DNA of 64,000 nt from an uncultured delta proteobacterium (GCA_963827685.1 CAWHBU010000003.1:768001-832000); one strand, 5' to 3'. Shown: positions 23,154 through 33,190, counted from the stretch's first letter. A program made the numbers and translations. The notes: a model not told the origin generated them from the sequence alone.

Positions 23154-23155
23154 GT

Positions 23156-24127
23156 TCAACTCTCCTTCTCCAACTCCTTCACCCGGACTCCTCTGAGAAA
23201 GCGTTGGCTGTAATAAGGGGCATCCAAATGATCTATTTTCACCTCTCTGCTGTAAGAAGAGGCGTGGACAAATTGATTATCACCAACGTAAATTCCCACA
23301 TGAGCACGATTCCCACGCCGTTTAAAAAAGACCAGATCCCCCTCCTCCAACTGGTCCTTTTCCACCTTCTTCCCTACCTTAAACTGTTCCCGGGTAGTTC
23401 TGGGAAGCTGAATATTAAAAATTTCATAGATCTTTTTCACAAACGCAGAACAGTCAATCCCCTTTAATGTAGATCCTCCTAATTTATACGGTGCTCCTAA
23501 AAAGGTCTTCGCAACCCTTACCAAGAGACTCCTCTCCTCTAAATTGCTCCATTTCCCAAGAGGGGTAGAGGCGACTGGCTCTCCTTTCTCCCCTTCTGCC
23601 TGTGAAGCTCCTGCAATTTCCTCCCCATCCCTTGCCTCTTTTGCCTCCTCCTCCAACATACCCTCATCTTCTGAAAGAAGAAGGATTTGACCAATCTTTA
23701 AGGCGGAGGTACGGAGGCCGTTCATCTTCTTAATTTCTTCTATCGGAATACCGACCTTCTTTGAAATACTGTAAAGGCTATCTCCCTTCTGTACGACATA
23801 AGAGTCCATTTCTCCAGAGGTTCTTTTTACGGTCGCAGCCAAAAGTTTTTTAGGTTGCGAGCTTGGAGACTTTTTCGCAGACTCCTCCACTTTCTTTTCT
23901 CTCAGGGATGGAATGATGAGAACCTGTTTGGGCCTAATCGAATCTCCACCCAATGCATTCCTTTTTTTCAACGCCTCAATGCCGACACCAAATGATTTTG
24001 AAATTTTATAGAGCGTATCTCCCGGTTTGACCGTGTATTTCTCCTCTGCCCATCCTTTCTGGTAAACGCCAAACAATAGTAATGAGACGATCAATCCCAT
24101 CCCAAGAATTTTCAATGGCCTGATCAT
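23156..24127 (-). CDS. Secreted 2xLysM + NlpC/P60 peptidoglycan endopeptidase
   Basis: Signal peptide, YTVKPGDTL, YVVQKGDSL, DCSAF, HVGIY; AGGAGG SD before MIRPLK. Confidence 0.93.
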   Translation of the reverse strand: MIRPLKILGMGLIVSLLLFGVYQKGWAEEKYTVKPGDTLYKISKSFGVGIEALKKRNALGGDSIRPKQVLIIPSLREKKVEESAKKSPSSQPKKLLAATVKRTSGEMDSYVVQKGDSLYSISKKVGIPIEEIKKMNGLRTSALKIGQILLLSEDEGMLEEEAKEARDGEEIAGASQAEGEKGEPVASTPLGKWSNLEERSLLVRVAKTFLGAPYKLGGSTLKGIDCSAFVKKIYEIFNIQLPRTTREQFKVGKKVEKDQLEEGDLVFFKRRGNRAHVGIYVGDNQFVHASSYSREVKIDHLDAPYYSQRFLRGVRVKELEKES

Positions 24128-24327
24128 AAGATCCCTCCTCTCTTGATGAAGGACAGTCTTCCCTTTTTGAAACACCGGGTAAAGATGGAGAAGGATAAAA
24201 CCCCGTTCAAAATAATGTGATTTGAAACTCCACCCTTTCGGAAAGGTATTAAGCTCTCAAATGCCGCTCATCCCTTTATCAAAACAGGGTTTCCTATCGG
24301 GGTAAATTGGATGAATGATAGGCTTTA

Positions 24328-24356
24328 TTTATACAAAACTTAGGATCAGAAGTCAA
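24328..24356 (-). promoter_or_regulatory. sigma70 promoter of the LysM-NlpC gene
   Basis: TTGACT-17bp-TATAAT. Confidence 0.8.
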
Positions 24357-24371
24357 ACCTGACCATCCGCC

Positions 24372-24545
24372 CCCAAATCCCGATTTAGGATACGGTCTTT
24401 GCGAGCGAAGCGAAGCAATCTCGCTTTTCGCGATGAGATTGCCACGCTTGCGCGCCGGAGCGCTTCAGCGCGCAGGCACGCACCTTTCAGGTGCTCGCAA
24501 TGACGGATTGAGAAAGGGCTTCCCTTTTCTAAATCGGAATTTGGG
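24372..24545. mobile_element. TIR MITE with nested repeats
   Basis: CCCAAATCCCGATTTAG / CTAAATCGGAATTTGGG around a GTCTTTGCGA...GCAATGAC unit containing a CACG element (24443-24480). Confidence 0.7.
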
Positions 24546-24587
24546 TTCTCCCCTTTGCGAGGAGGGTGGGGAAACCGCTTAAGAGGA

Positions 24588-25661
24588 TCATTCCTGAATG
24601 AGGAGGATGCGGACGATCACTCGACGCTCTTCATCGGTCGCCAGTTTTGCCGGCTCTTTACTTTTTTTGTCGACCTCTTCTTTCTTCACTCCTTGCGCTA
24701 ACGTCAAATCTCCTGTGACGTGTTCTTTGGGGACCGCCTTACCTGCGTGGGGAGAAGCGCTCAATTCTGCCAATTCTTTTTCAAACTCTGAAAATGAACC
24801 CGTCGGAAGAGAAGCGAGGAACCTATCCCCTTCTGTCGTGACAATCTCTCCTCCGAATTGTTTGACCAGCTCGTGAACCTGGGAGATCGCCTTTTCCCGA
24901 TCGGAGATTCTCAGGACGATTTCTTGAGGAGGTTTCGAAGCCATAGCTAACTTGTCCTGGGCAGATAGTCCTTTCTCAACTTTCTCCAGTTCTGAGGATG
25001 GGACTTTTGCCCTCGCCGCCTCCTTCATCAAATCAAATGTGTGGTACCTCATGACTTCAGTGTTTGGAGAAGGTGTCTCCGCCTTTTTCGCCTCTGCCTT
25101 TACCTGTGGAGTGTAGGCTTCTGATTTTTCCTCTCCCGGGACAGCGGTCTTAGCCTGCTCAACATCCTTTGGACGGGGTGCCTCAGGAGGTGTTTTCAAA
25201 GTCCCTCGCGTTCTCTCCACCTCTTTTTGAGGCAATACCTGTTCAGGCTTTTCCTTTAAAGAAAGAGGTGAAGATGCTCGCTCGGTCTCCTTCGGGCGAT
25301 ATCCCTCCATGGGCATCATCTTTGTCAGATAGAGCACTAAGAATACGACGGCCACCATAGCTACTGCCTGGACCGGAAGTCTCAATGAGAGCGGGACGCT
25401 AAACCATCTTTCTGTGACCTTCTTGGCCGGAGCGATCCTTTTTCGTTCTTCCATTTTTTTATGAAGTTCGGGGAGAAATCCAGCCGGCACCTCCACCTCT
25501 CCGACAGAGTGAAGCCATCGCATCGTTTTCTCGAATTGTTCGAATTCCCTCTGGCACGCTGGGCACGAAGAAAGATGTTCTTTGACGATCTTCTCCTCAA
25601 CGGCCGTCAACTCCTTTTCCCACAAGGAGGAAAACCGATCCCGCATTGTTTCACAATTCAT
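24588..25661 (-). CDS. Zinc-binding (zf-HC2) anti-sigma factor with TM helix
   Basis: HLSSCPAC (HxxxCxxC), TM near aa 97-113, downstream of the ECF sigma. Confidence 0.88.
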   Translation of the reverse strand: MNCETMRDRFSSLWEKELTAVEEKIVKEHLSSCPACQREFEQFEKTMRWLHSVGEVEVPAGFLPELHKKMEERKRIAPAKKVTERWFSVPLSLRLPVQAVAMVAVVFLVLYLTKMMPMEGYRPKETERASSPLSLKEKPEQVLPQKEVERTRGTLKTPPEAPRPKDVEQAKTAVPGEEKSEAYTPQVKAEAKKAETPSPNTEVMRYHTFDLMKEAARAKVPSSELEKVEKGLSAQDKLAMASKPPQEIVLRISDREKAISQVHELVKQFGGEIVTTEGDRFLASLPTGSFSEFEKELAELSASPHAGKAVPKEHVTGDLTLAQGVKKEEVDKKSKEPAKLATDEERRVIVRILLIQE

Positions 25662-25678
25662 AGACCCTCCTCCTTTCT

Positions 25679-26272
25679 CTAATGAGCGGACCTCTCTAAT
25701 ACCTGCTTCAGATCCATTCTTGCCCTGTGGAGTCTTGATTTGATGGTCCCCTCGGGAAGGCCGAGCAATTCACCCATCTCTTCATAAGAAAATCCCTGAA
25801 GGTCTCTCAGCACAAGTAACTCCCTCTGATCTTCTTTCAGTTTCTGAAGCCCCCCCTGAATCAACTGTTGAATCATCTTCTTTTCATAGAGCGTTTCCGG
25901 ATTACCAGAAGGATCATAGATGGCTTTCGGCACATCCCCGTCTTCTGTCTCGATCGGATCGTCCAGTGAATCGGAATTGAAATATTGCCTCCGTTTTAAA
26001 TATTTCCAGCGGTTCCGACAGTGGTTTAAAGTGATCTGCGTGAGCCAGGCATCAAATTTGACCTCCTCCTTCAGATCCTTGATCGCCTCGAAGACCGAGA
26101 TGAAAACCTCCTGAGCCAAATCCTTTGCCTCTTCCAAATTGCCCAACATCCGGTAAGCGATGTTGAATACCTTTTTCTGGCAGTGAAGCACAATCTCTGC
26201 AAAGGCCTTTTCGTCCCCAGCCTTGCAGTTCTCAATCACCTCTTTTTGAATCTTGGGAGAAGTCTTCATCAA
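25679..26272 (-). CDS. ECF RNA polymerase sigma factor
   Basis: AKDLAQEVF, FDAWL..ITLN, GFSYEEM..GTIKSRLHRAR. Confidence 0.93.
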   Translation of the reverse strand: MMKTSPKIQKEVIENCKAGDEKAFAEIVLHCQKKVFNIAYRMLGNLEEAKDLAQEVFISVFEAIKDLKEEVKFDAWLTQITLNHCRNRWKYLKRRQYFNSDSLDDPIETEDGDVPKAIYDPSGNPETLYEKKMIQQLIQGGLQKLKEDQRELLVLRDLQGFSYEEMGELLGLPEGTIKSRLHRARMDLKQVLERSAH

Positions 26273-26296
26273 AGACCTATTCTTCCCCTTATTCTA

Positions 26297-26324
26297 TAGA
26301 CACCGTGAGATCGGTTTTTGTTCC
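26297..26324 (-). promoter_or_regulatory. Putative ECF autoregulatory promoter
   Basis: GGAACAA...GTCTA with ECF-like spacing upstream of the sigma gene. Confidence 0.55.
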
Positions 26325-26418
26325 ATTTTTTTAGGGATGAGCGTTGAACGTCAATCCCTTATCAAATCTCTCCTCCCGCTGCTTCACCGTAAGGAATGAA
26401 AACATCAGGAAGGAGTAT

Positions 26419-26567
26419 GTGAAGCCTCCCGCCTACAAGGCGGGGCTTCCCGGTAAGGACTTATTGTTTTATATTTTCCCCTTCCTGCCTGCCCCGCCCT
26501 CGGTCGGGACCGGGGCCGATAGGCAGGGACCCCGCCTACAATGCGGGACAGGGTCTGTTCCGGTCAA
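26419..26567 (-). mobile_element. IS200/IS605-derived non-autonomous element (PATE-like), copy 1
   Basis: Minus strand TTGAC CGG ... GAAGCCCCGC hairpin ... TTCAC; nested CCTGCC unit. Confidence 0.7.
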
Positions 26568-26711
26568 GCTGAATCGATTTTTTAAGATATCACTAAAAAT
26601 GGCATGGGTTGTCAAGTTTAAAAATTATTTGATTTTTCTTAAGTAGGTACCTATAATTTGAAAAAGTGGAATAGACTTTTCAGGCTCCATTAAAAAGGAG
26701 GTGATGGGAAC

Positions 26712-27005
26712 ATGAAGAGAGTAATATCTACTGTCTTGTCGTTGCTCTTGATGGGTATGTTCATTTCAGCGGTGGTGGGATGTGGGGCAGATATCAAGGC
26801 AGAAAATGAGAAACTGAAAGCAGAAAACACCAGCCTCAAATCGGACAACGACAAATTGAAGCTGGATGTGCAGAAGTTGAAGGAGGATGTCCAGAAGGCA
26901 GCTGAGAAGGATGCGACCATCGGCACCCTCAAGGCAGAGAACGAGGCCTTGAAAAAGCAGGTCGAAGACCTGAAGGCCCAATTGGCGAAAAAAAAGAAAA
27001 AATAG
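26712..27005 (+). CDS. Coiled-coil lipoprotein ending in poly-Lys
   Basis: AGGAGG SD, lipobox AVVG-C, heptad repeats, C-terminal KKKKK. Confidence 0.85.
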   Translation: MKRVISTVLSLLLMGMFISAVVGCGADIKAENEKLKAENTSLKSDNDKLKLDVQKLKEDVQKAAEKDATIGTLKAENEALKKQVEDLKAQLAKKKKK

Positions 27006-27025
27006 TCGTACGGTGATGAAATCAT

Positions 27026-27361
27026 CATGGAGCCCCACAGGTAAACACATGCTTGCGCGCCGACGTGGTTGCCTTCGCTGAAGTTTTAGCGCAAGCAGGC
27101 TTCGCGCACGCAGGTGCTACAGCACGCAGACGTGGTACCTCCATGAAATACCCGCCTACGCCAACCTGCCCGCCGAACCTGCCTCTGCCGAAGCGGCTAC
27201 GCGCAGGCAGGCAAGTTCTTTGGCAGGCGGGGGCTTCGGCGGGTTATCCGCCAGCAGCGAAATCCGCCGGAGCATCCAAACCTCGGCTAATGATGGATTT
27301 TGAAACAATTCACGCATTCATCCACGACCAAAGGCCGTGGTCTTCTGCGTAGGCGGATAAA
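27026..27361 (-). mobile_element. IS200-like MITE with nested palindromes
   Basis: Minus strand TTTAT CCGCCTACGCAGAAGACCACGGCCTTTGGTCGTGG hairpin; CACG and CCTGC units inside. Confidence 0.55.
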
Positions 27362-27415
27362 AAGGGAAGACCCCGACCTAAGGGTTTTCCCTTTTTTGGT
27401 TCATTCTTTCTCCTT

Positions 27416-29878
27416 ATGGAAATGGAAGAACAAAATCATACCCAAGAAAGAGGAAAAAAGGGATGGCCGTTCTATGTCGTCTACGCCTTTATCCTCTCTA
27501 CCCTTTTATTTCTCATTTCTGGAGCCTTGCTCTTTTACTATTACTCCCATCATCTCCCTGATTTCACAACGCTGAAAGGGCAAAATCTCAATGCTTACTC
27601 CGTTGTTTATTCCGAAGAAGATGAGGTGATCGGAAAATTTTTGATGGACAACCGAATCCCCATCCCTTATGAGCGGATTCCAAAACTATTGGTAAAGGCA
27701 TTCATCGCTGCGGAGGATGCGGAATTCTTCCAGCATAAAGGAGTGGATTACAAGGGGATACTCCGCGCAATGTTCAAGAACCTCATCGCTGTGAGGATCG
27801 TCCAGGGAGGAAGCACCATCACTCAGCAGATGACCAAGACTTTTTTTCTTACGCCAAAGAGAAGTTTGCTTCGAAAGCTAAAGGAGGTCGCCTACGCCTT
27901 CGGTCTGGAGCGGGATTTAAGCAAAGAAGAGATCCTCACCCTTTACCTCAATAATATTTATTTAGGAAATGGAGCCTATGGGGTGGAGGCCGCTTCCGAA
28001 AGTTACTTCAATAAACCGGTGGATCAACTCAATTTGGCAGAGATGGCCATGATGGCTGGCCTGGTAAAGGCCCCCAGCCGTTATTCGCCGATCAACAATT
28101 TAAGAAGGGCCAGAGATCGGCAGGCCTACGTTCTCACCCGCATGACCGAATTGGACTTCATTTCCCAAGAGCAGAAAGAAAAAGCCCTTCGGATTTCTCT
28201 TAAAATTCAAACGAGGGAAAGCGCTTATTTCAGCAAGGCACCCTACTTCACCGAGCTCATTCGGCATCAGGTAGAAAGAAAGTATGGGAAGGAGAAGCTA
28301 TACCAGGAAGGCCTGAGGATTTACACCACGCTCGATCTATCCCTTCAGAGAACGGCTCAAAAATCAGTGGACATGGGGTTAAGGGAACTGGATAAGAGGG
28401 AGGGATTCCGAGGCCCCCTCCACACTGTTTCTCCGAAGGAGGTGAAGGAACTTCTCAATAAAAAGAAAGGATCACTCACCTCCCTCTCCCAAAAAGAGAG
28501 TTTCGAAGGGGTGATCCTCTCTAAGGATGACTCGAAAAAATTCTACACCGTCTGGGTAGAAGATCGAAAAGGAATTCTCCCTTTCTCCGAAATGGCCTGG
28601 GCCCTCAACATCAAACCCACACCGAGCTACAAACCCCAAAAAGTGAAAACCCCTGGAGATCTTCTCAATCCAGGAGATGTGGTTTATATTCGCGTAAAAG
28701 AACCTTATAAAAAAGACCCCTCCCCGATACTCACCTTAGAACAAGAACCTCTCGTTCAGGGTGCTTTGCTCTGTCTTGATCCGAAAACCGGATATATCCG
28801 AGCCATGGTCGGAGGCCGTGATTTCAGTGAGAGCCAATTTAACCGGGCGATCTTTTCCCGCAGACAACCCGGTTCGGCCTTCAAACCTATTATCTATGCA
28901 GCAGCCTTGGAGAAGGGCTATACCCCCTCCACCATTGTCATGGATTCCCCGGTGGAGTATTCAGATCCCGATGGAGGAACTTATTGGGCGCCAAAGAATT
29001 ATGATCAAGATTTTATGGGGCCCATCACCTTCCGGAATGCCTTGGCTCATTCCAGAAATGTCGTCACCGTCAAAATCCTTGATGACATCGGGGTGGGTTA
29101 CGCCCTCAAATTCATCAAAAGGATGGGGATTGAATCTCCGATTAAAAGGGATCTCTCCATTGCGCTCGGTACCTCAGCAATCTCCATGCCGGAATTGACT
29201 TCCGCCTTTGCCGTCTTTGCCAACGGAGGGGAACGGGTCAAACCCATCTTCATCAAAAAGATCGTCACCATGAAAGGCGAAGTCCTTGAGGAAAACACGC
29301 CTTATATTGAAATGGAGGAAAAAGAGGAAGAAGATGAAACACCCGAAACCCCTTCTTCCGTGTTAAAGGAACAGGTGATCTCGCCGCAAAATGCTTTTAT
29401 CATGACTCATCTCCTCCAGGGAGTTGTCCAGCACGGGACAGGCCAGAGGGCAAAAGTTCTCGGAAGGCCGGTCGCTGGGAAAACCGGAACCTCCAGCGAC
29501 TATTCCGATGCATGGTTCATTGGATACGCTCCCTCTCTTCTTGCCGGGGTCTGGGTGGGCTTTGATGACAAGACGTCTCTAGGGAGAGGTGAGTCCGGGG
29601 CTCGGGCAGCCCTCCCCATCTGGATTTCTTTTATGGATCAGGCTTTGAAAAATACTCCTATCGAAACCCCTAAGCCTCCTAAAGGCATTGCACTCATCAA
29701 AGTGAACCTCGAAACAGGACTACCCAGCGATGGGGATTCCCCAGAAACGATCGTGGAGGCATTTATTGACAGCTCGATCCCCTGGAAGAAAGAGGGGCAC
29801 GAAGAGGAAAGTTCTCCTTCGGGGACTCCGGTCCCAAGAGGGTCTCCTGATGATCCTTCTCCCCCGTTATCCCATTAA
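27416..29878 (+). CDS. mrcA: Class A penicillin-binding protein 1A
   Basis: TM, EDAEF, GGSTITQQ, RQPGSAFK, SRN, KTGT. Confidence 0.95.
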   Translation: MEMEEQNHTQERGKKGWPFYVVYAFILSTLLFLISGALLFYYYSHHLPDFTTLKGQNLNAYSVVYSEEDEVIGKFLMDNRIPIPYERIPKLLVKAFIAAEDAEFFQHKGVDYKGILRAMFKNLIAVRIVQGGSTITQQMTKTFFLTPKRSLLRKLKEVAYAFGLERDLSKEEILTLYLNNIYLGNGAYGVEAASESYFNKPVDQLNLAEMAMMAGLVKAPSRYSPINNLRRARDRQAYVLTRMTELDFISQEQKEKALRISLKIQTRESAYFSKAPYFTELIRHQVERKYGKEKLYQEGLRIYTTLDLSLQRTAQKSVDMGLRELDKREGFRGPLHTVSPKEVKELLNKKKGSLTSLSQKESFEGVILSKDDSKKFYTVWVEDRKGILPFSEMAWALNIKPTPSYKPQKVKTPGDLLNPGDVVYIRVKEPYKKDPSPILTLEQEPLVQGALLCLDPKTGYIRAMVGGRDFSESQFNRAIFSRRQPGSAFKPIIYAAALEKGYTPSTIVMDSPVEYSDPDGGTYWAPKNYDQDFMGPITFRNALAHSRNVVTVKILDDIGVGYALKFIKRMGIESPIKRDLSIALGTSAISMPELTSAFAVFANGGERVKPIFIKKIVTMKGEVLEENTPYIEMEEKEEEDETPETPSSVLKEQVISPQNAFIMTHLLQGVVQHGTGQRAKVLGRPVAGKTGTSSDYSDAWFIGYAPSLLAGVWVGFDDKTSLGRGESGARAALPIWISFMDQALKNTPIETPKPPKGIALIKVNLETGLPSDGDSPETIVEAFIDSSIPWKKEGHEEESSPSGTPVPRGSPDDPSPPLSH

Positions 29879-29985
29879 ACGCCATGCGCATAGCGGTTGC
29901 CTGCCCTGTACCATGCTAGGTTCAGGGCCTGCCAGCAGGCCGGCTAAGCGCTTAGCGTTTTTATCCGTTAACAATCGGAGGCAAC

Positions 29986-31635
29986 ATGAAAGACGAGGAA
30001 ATAAAGGATACATTGTGACCTTCCCCTGAAAAAGTGGACATATAGTTAAGTTTCATTAAGGAGCTTTTCATACTGCTCTGGGCTCCTGTACCCTAATGCC
30101 GAATGACTCCTCTGACGATTATAAAACACTTCCACGTACTCAAAAATACTAAGCCTCGCCTCCAGCCTTGAACGGTACCGCTCACCATGGACCAACTCCG
30201 TCTTGAGCGTGCCAAAGAAAGACTCCACATAGGCATTATCATAACAATTGCCACTTCTGCTCATACTAGGAGTCATGCCGTATTCTCTTAAAAGCTCCTG
30301 ATAGGCATAGCTTGCATACTGCCTGCCTCGATCAGAATGGTGGATCAACCCTTCAGAGGGGCTTTGCCTGCCCACCGCGTCCCTGAGCGCAGCAGAAGCT
30401 AGCTCCTGAGAGAGCTTATCGCTCATGGACAGCCCAATGATCTTTCTGCTTTTCACATTCATCACTGCTGCCACATAGAGCCATCCCTCAGAAGTGGGCA
30501 CAAACGTAATATCAGATGCCCATACCCCCTCTGTCTGCCTCTGGTCAATCAGTAAGTTTGCAGCCAAGGCATAATGATGCCGTGAATCGGTAGTCCGCCT
30601 GAATCTCTTTTTCTTCACTTCTGCCCATATGGAGTGCTCTTTCATGATCCTGGCTACCCGGTTCTTCCCACATCTAAGACCCTGCTTATTGAGCTCCGCT
30701 GCGATCCGCGGACTCCCATAGAGCCTTCTGCTTTGAGTGTGGATCTCCCGTATGTGCCCCAGCAACTCCTCATCGTCTTTCTGACGTGTGCTCGGTTGAC
30801 GCGTCTTCCACGCATAATAACCACTTCTGGATACCTTCAACACTTCACTCATACTCCTTATCTTGTAGGTCTCTCTGTGCTCTTCTATCAACCGATACTT
30901 CATCTGTTTCGTTTGGAGAATACGGCCAAGGCTTTTTTTAAAATGTCCCTCTCTTCCTTCACCTTTTCTAATTCCTTCCGGAGCCCCTTTATTTCCGCTT
31001 CCTCTGGCGTTACACGGCCCTTCCCTACGAAGGCTTTATCCCCTTTAGCTAAGAACCTCCTCCTCCATAGATGAAGAAGATTGGGATGGATATCAAGCTC
31101 TCGGGCCACCTTGCCTACCGGCATCCCTTTCTCTGTGACCAACTGCACTGCATCTCGTTTGAACTCACGGCTGAAATGACGATTCTTTTCCCCCATACGC
31201 ACCTCCTGTCCAATGATACAAATTCTCAGGTGTGTCCATCAACTCGGGGGAAGGTCATTGCGTAACTTTAAGACAGTCGCTGTGGTAGGAATTTCTCCAA
31301 AAGAGGATCGTCCCAGCTATATCGTGGCATCCTATCTTAAATCGAAGGGATATCGGATCATCCCGGTTCGCCCTAACGGGGATGAGATTCTGGGGGAAAA
31401 GGTATACCACAGCCTTTCAGAAATTCCCAAAGAGATCAGAGTGGATGTCGTTGATATTTTCCGAAGATCGGAAGATGTACCACCCGTTGTGGAAGAGGCG
31501 ATCCAGCAAGGAGCCAAAGTGGTCTGGATGCAGGAAGGCGTGATTCACAAAGAGGCGGGGGAAAAAGCAGAGAAGGCTGGGTTAAAGGTGGTCATGGATC
31601 GCTGCATGAAGAAAGAGCACCAGCGCCTCCTTTAA
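29986..31635 (+). pseudogene. CoA-binding (YccU-like) gene interrupted by an IS3 element
   Basis: MKDEEIKDTL (29986-30015) joins RNFKTVAVVGISP...VVDIFR...WMQEG (from 31261) in frame once the IS and one TTG are removed. Confidence 0.9.
30016..31257 (-). mobile_element. IS3-family element
   Basis: TGACCTTCCCC / GGGGAAGGTCA IRs, 3-bp TTG duplication, orfA 30900-31202, orfB 30046-30903 (DDE: WASDIT, HSDRG, DNA..E), A7G slippery site 30932-30939. Confidence 0.96.
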
Positions 31636-31763
31636 TTGAAGCTCCCCGCCCACAGGGCGGGGCTTCCCGGAAAGGAAATTTCATTCTGATTGTGCCCCTT
31701 GACCCCGCCTACCTGCCTACCGCAGGCAGGCAAGGCGGGGCTTGCAGGGCACTTGCCGGTCAA
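31636..31763 (-). mobile_element. IS605-derived PATE-like element, copy 2
   Basis: Same ends as copies at 26419, 43287, 53634. Confidence 0.75.
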
Positions 31764-31778
31764 TGAACGGGACGTGAA

Positions 31779-32201
31779 ATGTTTCCAGTTTATACCCATG
31801 AGTTCATTGTTTCAGAAGGGACCCTCGATGAGAATGGTCATGCCAACAACGTGGCCTACGTCCAGTGGATGCAAGATATTGCCGTTCTTCATTCAAGTGA
31901 TGCGGGATGTACGCGAGCGACACAGGCAGCCGGGGCCACATGGGTCGTCCGCTCTCATCAGATTGAATACTTTCATCCGGCGTTTCTTGGAGATACTCTT
32001 TCCATTTTAACGTGGGTCGCCAATTTTCGCAGGGCCATATCGTTGCGGAGATACAAATTCATCAGGCAGAAGGACAATAGTATTCTCGCAAAGGGTGAAA
32101 CCAATTGGGTCTTTGTGAATGCGAAGACCAGACGTCCGATCACGATCCCAGAAGAGGTGAGAAAAACATTCCAACTCGTTACCGAAGATCAAGAACCATA
32201 A
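31779..32201 (+). CDS. 4HBT/YbgC-like acyl-CoA thioesterase
   Basis: DENGHANNVAY motif. Confidence 0.9.
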   Translation: MFPVYTHEFIVSEGTLDENGHANNVAYVQWMQDIAVLHSSDAGCTRATQAAGATWVVRSHQIEYFHPAFLGDTLSILTWVANFRRAISLRRYKFIRQKDNSILAKGETNWVFVNAKTRRPITIPEEVRKTFQLVTEDQEP

Positions 32202-32340
32202 CGTGGAAGGTCACCGGGAGCCAGATTTATCGGCGATCCGCTGGATGGCGTTGGGCAGATCAGTCATGCTTTTTGTACCAGGCACCAGCTCCTCGACAGA
32301 ATTTAAAAATCTAATGACCATCCCTTACAATAACCGATCG

Positions 32341-32742
32341 CTAAAAAAGCGGGATATTCTTCGGTGCCTCTGTAAAAGAGAATAATGTCGCTACTGCTTC
32401 CGTAAAGTAAAAGGTCACAAAGCTCTCATCGTCCGCTCCTTTGGGATAAATCCTTAGAAGATTGGGGGACTCTTCGAAAGCCTGGGCTTTTGCCTCACGG
32501 GTTTCATCAAATGCAATTCTGCCTCTTATTCTCAGCCACACATTATTCCCCATATCCGAAATCTCAATGTCTGGATTCTTCTTTAACTGCTTATACACGT
32601 CCTTGGTTTTATTGGTGCAGAAATACAGTTTATTGTTCCTTTTCATTATGAAGCCAAAGGGACGGACTCTGGCTTTAGCTCCATCGACAGTGGCAATGTG
32701 AAAAACAGGGCTGGCTTTTATAAACTCAAAAGCAGTATTCAT
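32341..32742 (-). CDS. Pyridoxamine 5'-phosphate oxidase-like FMN-binding protein
   Basis: IATVD..ARVRPF, YFCTNKTKDVYKQLKKNP. Confidence 0.85.
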   Translation of the reverse strand: MNTAFEFIKASPVFHIATVDGAKARVRPFGFIMKRNNKLYFCTNKTKDVYKQLKKNPDIEISDMGNNVWLRIRGRIAFDETREAKAQAFEESPNLLRIYPKGADDESFVTFYFTEAVATLFSFTEAPKNIPLF

Positions 32743-32809
32743 GTGAACCTCCTAAAAAGAATTTTGTTTGGTATATCTTAACTCTTATTAAACGTGATAT
32801 TCAAATATA

Positions 32810-32857
32810 CAGCGCTCGAATTCACCGGGCGCCGTTGGCTCCAGCGCGGTGTTAGGC
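32810..32857 (-). other. Truncated attC (5' half)
   Basis: GCCTAAC overlapping the stop codon, then ACCGCGCTGGAGCCAACGGCG; no matching right half. Confidence 0.6.
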
Positions 32858-33115
32858 ATCATCGCTGTCATGTGGCTTGTCACCAATTTCTATGACCTCG
32901 ATGCTCAACAAATCTTTCCATTTCTCCAGCCATACTCCGAATAAAGAGAAACCCTCTGCTTCCATCAACTGAAAACATCGGTCACCATCTTTTTCAAGCC
33001 AGCTATCCAAATACACCAACCCTTGCGGCAGCATCCTGCCCTCCGCGCGAAACCTCTCGTAGACCTTCTCTTTGCACCCCGGAAAAAAGGTTTCGATGAC
33101 CATGTATTGCTTCAT
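32852..33115 (-). CDS. DUF3303-like small protein (gene cassette)
   Basis: YMVIETF, GRMLPQGL, CFQLME, WKDL; flanked by attC sites. Confidence 0.8.
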   Translation of the reverse strand: MKQYMVIETFFPGCKEKVYERFRAEGRMLPQGLVYLDSWLEKDGDRCFQLMEAEGFSLFGVWLEKWKDLLSIEVIEIGDKPHDSDDA

Positions 33116-33132
33116 ATCTTCCCGCCAATGAC

Positions 33133-33190
33133 GCTGAACGATTTAGGTCAGCAGCGGCTGTAAGCCATCTGCTGGATGCCTTGGTTCGCT
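33133..33190 (-). other. attC site, 58 bp
   Basis: AGCGAAC-5bp-CATCCAGC...GCTGACC-6bp-GTTCAGC: canonical R''-L''-L'-R' geometry with an internal hairpin. Confidence 0.8.

Noticed and set aside
26344-27575. ORFs 26344-26646, 27053-27352 and similar (18495, 31690, 40713, 53577)
   Set aside because: They are translations of GC-rich palindromic repeats
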